From: Folioceros fuciformis
Lineage: Eukaryota
Direction: 5' to 3'
DNA: 64,000 nt
Assembly (NCBI GenBank): GCA_049999805.1
Contig: JBNGIO010004579.1
Span: forward strand, 1 to 64,000
The position numbers and the translations under genes were made by a program. Positions within the stretch are counted from its first letter, which is position 1. Every line of letters begins with the position of its first letter. Positions 59,301 to 64,000 of the stretch are shown here, piece after piece. The notes below the pieces were generated by a model. It ran no database searches. It saw only the letters and a program-made list of their open reading frames with translations, and was not told where the DNA came from.

Positions 59301-61879
59301 CTCCATCTCAGCTCATGCAGATGGCTCAGGGATCAACAGTTGGACAAGGCAGCTCGCCGCCCCTGTCCTCTCCTGTTTCTCGACCAGCAGGAGGGGACTT
59401 GGGCTTAGATGAGAAGAAGGTTGAGTACACCACTTTCAATGTGGAAATGGATAAAGTGCTTGGTCCTGAGAGCAGCACGGCCATCTTGGAAGTTTCTGGT
59501 GATCAGGAGGTTTTCCGAGATAGCAGTGCATTGTCTTCGGATGTTTCTCGAGAGAAGACGCAGATTCCTGTGCAGGATAGAATGTCAATTACCAGTAATG
59601 AGGAAGATGCTGCTGATGAAGCTTCGCTGGTTTTGGATGGTGAAGCGTATGAAGAACGGGACTCTTCAGTCCTGCATGTAAGGGAAGGTCAGGAAGTTCT
59701 TAAGGAAAGTTCAGTTACCAGATCGGATGTCATCCGAACGGCTCTGCCTTCACCGGCCTCGGGTGCAGCAAAAGGCAGGAAGAACAAGAACAAAGCAAAC
59801 ATCTCTGGAGTTGGAATACCAGTTGTTTCTGAAGCTACCTCCATGAGATCCAGTGTTGTACCGACAGCCTCTACAGTAGTATCTTCTGAAGGCGAACCAA
59901 GTGTAAGCACCAGTTCAAGGCCAAACACAATTGAGGGCTTGGCTACTCAGGCGATTGCTATGCAGGATACATTGAATCAGGTAATGAGGTCTCTGCTTTA
60001 GCTTTTCTCTTGTCGACTTATTTATAATTGAACCTCTGTTCCTTTCTCAACTTGAAAAGAGAATATGTCCTGGATGAAAGGATGACTGACTGATGCGTTT
60101 GCATTTCCAGTTAATGGTGATGCAGAAGGAACTACACAAGCAGATGGCAGTTATCTTAGCTGTTCCACTCAACAAAGAGGGAAAGCGAGTGGAGATCGCT
60201 TTAGGGGCACGCATCGAGAGGGTTGTGAAGGCACATGGTGATGCAATGTGGGCCCGAATGCAAGAGGAAAATGTCAAACGTGATAAAGCGGACCGAGACC
60301 GATTGTCATCGGCTTTCTCAAACTTCTTCAACAAGGATCTGCCTGTGGCTTTTGAGCGCACTCTGAAGAAGGAGATAACTGCTAATGCTCCAGCAGTTGC
60401 AAAGCAGATCACACCTTACGTCGAAAAGGCTGTCATGGCAGTTTTTACTGATGGTTTCCAGGTATGAACTCTGGAGTGTTGGACAGCTTAGATAGCCTGA
60501 TTACTTTGCATTCCTATCCTGGTATTTGTTGGTTTCTTATTCTAATTTCTGGTAGCAGAAGTCCCTCGGCGAAAAAATTTCATCACAGTTGGAGAAAATT
60601 GTTTCAACAAGGCTGGAGGCATCTGTGAGCAAGCAATTGCAGACTCAGTTCCATACTGCAGGAAGGCAAATACTGCAGGTTGGAGTTCGGACAGGATATT
60701 GTTTTTGCGTTGTTGCTTTCCTTTTGAAGTATGACTTGTGGTGAATCCCATTAATATTTGGCTGATACTGTGCAGGATTCTATTCGGGCATCATTTGAAG
60801 CATTGATAGTTCCGGCATTTGATAGGTCATGCAGGTCAATGTTCGAGCAAGTAGATGAGGCTTTTCAGCAGGGGATGGCTGAGCATACAGCCCATGCACA
60901 GCAACAGTTCAACGAGTCTCATTCTGCACTCGCCAGCACCCTGCAGGTAGTGGACCTAGCTATTATGTTTGATCCTTGGTCTATGCTTGTTGTGAAAATT
61001 GACGTGCAGGTTTCCACCGTCAGTATCTGCTCAGTCGTCTCTCCTCCTGGCCGTCTATCTTCCTCTGAACTTGCCGCTCGTCATGCAGGATGCAGTAACT
61101 TCTGCAACATCTCTTGTAGCTTCTCTGAAAGGGGACATAGCTGATGGGCAAAGGAAGCTGGTGGCACTAGCTGAAAATGCAGGTGCTACAGCTGCGAGGG
61201 CTGGTTTAAGTGTTGGTCAGAGCAATTGCACACTTCGTGATAAGGTAAATGTGAAGATGACCGACTTTGAAATACAGATGAGTCTACCGCATGTGGAAGG
61301 AAGGAAGCGTGGGGCATGTACTGATACTGGCTTTTGCACTTTGGACACGTGATCTACGTAGGTGCTCTCGCTGCAGCATGTGGAAGAGGCTCTGGATCCT
61401 ACGATTGAGCTGTCAAGGTTGGTGAGCGAGGACAGGCTGGAGGAGGCTTTCAATAGAGCCCTTTCATTGAGTGACGTGGCAGTGGTGTCATGGTTATGTA
61501 CTCAGGTGGGCCGAAAGACAGCTGATTGTCGTTGGTGGCGGTGTGCATCTCTGACAAGAGGCTAACCGTCTGACTGCTGCAGATTGATCCGGAAAAGCTT
61601 TTCACGAGGGTCCCGCTGCCCCTGAGTCAAGGAGTGCTGTTATCTCTGGTGCAGCAGCTTGGCTGCGAATTAGGACAAGACACGACCAGGAAACTGACAT
61701 GGATCCAACATGCTGCTCTTCTACTGAACCCCAATGACCCCCTGCTCGCACCCCACATGAGGCCCTTTCTAGAGCAGCTTTACCAAAATTTGCATCGCCA
61801 GATGGTGGCTTCTCCGGGCAACCCATCCATACGGCTGGTGATTCATCTCGTTAACTCCTTGCTAACATCATGTAAGTGA
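56347..61879 (+). CDS. VCS: VARICOSE / enhancer of mRNA decapping 4, multi-exon
   Basis: Pro-rich N-terminus with [35 protein letters not shown]40 region ([25 protein letters not shown]); [12 protein letters not shown] and [15 protein letters not shown]; coiled coil ([11 protein letters not shown]); C-terminal [20 protein letters not shown] and [14 protein letters not shown]. Confidence 0.95.
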
Positions 61880-62127
61880 ACTGGAGTGGACCATGAAGTG
61901 TGTATACTGACCCGAGAGAGTTAGGGGGTCGTAACACGTTTTGCAAACTCGATGTTCTACATTTGTTGCCACTTCTGTGGATGTCATGTAATAAATGCGG
62001 CTGCGCACCGCTGCTTTATTTGTTCCTTCCCGGACCCTTTGATGCCCTAATTGCTTGGTTGGTTCCGGTACTCTGAGCGATTCAAATGCCGCCATCGTGG
62101 TGGCTCTGGAAACCTGTATTATGAGGG

Positions 62128-64000
62128 ATGCCCGTTTGTGCTCGAAGTGTTTGGTTGATTCTACGCAGTAGACTGACAGGATATCAGTCCTTGGGTGCAC
62201 CGCGGGCTCGTGGCTTGGCTGGGTACAAGTCCAAGCTCTGCAGTGAGCACAGCAGAAAGTGCACAGTTGCCCGCTGTGGTAGGTATGCCGTGCTCCTCAG
62301 ATCCACTCACTACCTTGCCCAGCCCTTGGAAGGCTCGGTTCGCAGTTTGGATGATGCCGACAAGTTGGCGAGAACTGCAGGGTATGCCGACCCTGTGGAA
62401 TGGAGAAAGCTGTGTGATCATGGACAGCTTCTCAAGGCCTTTGAGGTGCTGGTCCGCATGGCTGACAAGGGTGACTTCGTGTCCAGGGACATGCTGTATC
62501 ATCTGCTCAAGGGTTGTATTGAGTACAGGGATGTGGGCATCGGCAGGCGTATTCATGCCGTGTCTGCTGGCCTTGGGTATGGCGGGAATTCCTTCTTAGC
62601 CACTCATATCATTCGCATGTATGCTTCTCTGGGTAGCCTGGTGGAAGCGAGCCAGACATTCAGCCTGTTTCCTGCACCCGACGTGTTTGTGTGGGCGTCC
62701 ATCATTTCTGCACATGCTGAGCACGGCCAGCCGGATGATGCGGTGCAACTTTATCACCAAATGAGGCAGTCAGGTGTCCAGGCGAACGACTACGTGTTTG
62801 TGGCGGTCTTGAAGGCCTGTGCTCGTGGAGGGGATTTGACGTCCGGAAAGTGGGTCCATGGTCATGTCACGGACACTGGGGGGCGGCCTGGTGCCTTTGT
62901 TGGCAGCTCGCTTGTCGACATGTATGCCAAATGTGGCAGCCTGCAGGACGGCCGTGCCGTATTCGACAGCTTGCCCACGAAGACTGTAGTGACATGGAGT
63001 GCCATGATCAGCGCATATTCTCAGCATGGCTTTGGTCAGGAAGCCCTCAATCTGTATGGTAGAATGGAGCGAGAGGGCCTGACGCCAGGGAACGACGTCA
63101 CGTTTGTGGCCCTTTTGAAAGCCTGCGCTAGCATTGGAGCCTTACAGGAAGGACGGCGGTTGTATGCTCAGATTCTCAGCTGGGGAGTCAGTGTGAGCTT
63201 AATTGTCGGTAATACCTTACTGGACATGTTCGCGAAATGTGGGAGTCTGGCGGATGCGCGCATAGTGTTTGACGGGTTGCCAGCCCGGAGTTTGGTCTCG
63301 TGGAGTGCCATGATTGCAGGATATGTGCAACATGGGCGTGGGCAGGAGGCTATCAATCTGTTCGATAGTATGTTGCAGGATGGAGTCGTTCCAGATAGCT
63401 TCACACTTGTTTGCGCTTTGAAAGCATGTGCTGACGTAGGAGCTAAGCAGAGAGGCCAGAAGATTCATGCCCAGGTTCTGGAAATGGGACTAGAAACAGA
63501 TTCGTTCATCGGGAATGCTTTGGTGGACATGTATGCCAAGTGTGGGAGTATGCACGACGCTCAAGGAGTTTTCTCCAGATTGTCCAGAAGAGATGTGGTG
63601 ACATGGAATGCCCTGATTCATGGCTATGGCCTACATAATAATTGCAACACGGCAATGAGGTGTTTTCTGGAGATGCAGCAGCAGGGAGTGGAGCCGGATG
63701 GTGCTACATTCCTCTCTCTGCTCATGGCATGCAGCCATGTGGGCCTGGTGAATGAGGGCCAGTATTTCTTCAGGTTCATGGTAGAAGAGCATGGCACGCT
63801 GCCCACTGCCGAACACTACAGTTGCCTGGTGGACCTTCTAGGGCGAGCCGGGCATTTGGAAGAAGCAGAAACTGTGCTGCAACGGATGCCTTGCCAACAG
63901 GACGTCGTCGGGTGGATGTCCCTCCTGAGCGCTTGCCTAACTCACTGTGACGTGGAGAGAGGGAGGAGATGCTTCAATCGTCTGACTGAAGTGGATCGCC
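62128..64000 (+). CDS. PLS-class PPR protein of the same family, running off the window end (missed by the ORF track)
   Basis: Open frame from ATG 62128 (MPVCARSVWL...): MLYHLLKGC, FLATHIIRMY, FVGSSLVDMYAKCG, ACSHVGLV, YSCLVDLLGRAG and E1 VVGWMSLLSAC. No PDF motif. Confidence 0.9.
   Translation, partial: MPVCARSVWLILRSRLTGYQSLGAPRARGLAGYKSKLCSEHSRKCTVARCGRYAVLLRSTHYLAQPLEGSVRSLDDADKLARTAGYADPVEWRKLCDHGQLLKAFEVLVRMADKGDFVSRDMLYHLLKGCIEYRDVGIGRRIHAVSAGLGYGGNSFLATHIIRMYASLGSLVEASQTFSLFPAPDVFVWASIISAHAEHGQPDDAVQLYHQMRQSGVQANDYVFVAVLKACARGGDLTSGKWVHGHVTDTGGRPGAFVGSSLVDMYAKCGSLQDGRAVFDSLPTKTVVTWSAMISAYSQHGFGQEALNLYGRMEREGLTPGNDVTFVALLKACASIGALQEGRRLYAQILSWGVSVSLIVGNTLLDMFAKCGSLADARIVFDGLPARSLVSWSAMIAGYVQHGRGQEAINLFDSMLQDGVVPDSFTLVCALKACADVGAKQRGQKIHAQVLEMGLETDSFIGNALVDMYAKCGSMHDAQGVFSRLSRRDVVTWNALIHGYGLHNNCNTAMRCFLEMQQQGVEPDGATFLSLLMACSHVGLVNEGQYFFRFMVEEHGTLPTAEHYSCLVDLLGRAGHLEEAETVLQRMPCQQDVVGWMSLLSACLTHCDVERGRRCFNRLTEVDR

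Overview
Gene-dense eukaryotic nuclear DNA from a land plant, with short (about 60-200 nt) GT-AG introns. The DRH-terminated KP-type DYW PPR genes suggest a hornwort such as Anthoceros (inference). From left to right the window holds: the decayed 3' end of an RNase H-bearing LINE; a plastid YbaB/EbfC gene; an LRR plus alpha/beta-hydrolase gene; a small PFGK-motif gene; a TruA/Pus1 pseudouridine synthase; a GT61 glycosyltransferase; a TIGR04168/DevT-like metallophosphoesterase; a bacterial-type erythromycin-esterase-family gene with a spliceosomal intron; a membrane RING-H2 ligase and its RING-less duplicate; Ycf45; DEAD-box helicase RH3; a saccharopine-dehydrogenase-like gene; an F-box gene; four PLS-class PPR genes; Mpv17/PMP22; and VARICOSE/EDC4. 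Tandem repeats and transposon relics lie between genes. Three PPR genes have complete KP-type DYW domains, the class linked to reverse U-to-C organellar RNA editing. The most striking signal is that two of them carry an N-terminal PDF motif of the OSB organellar ssDNA-binding family, giving a putative ssDNA-binding + RNA-binding + deaminase-fold fusion. Family calls are from motifs read by eye; no database searches were run.
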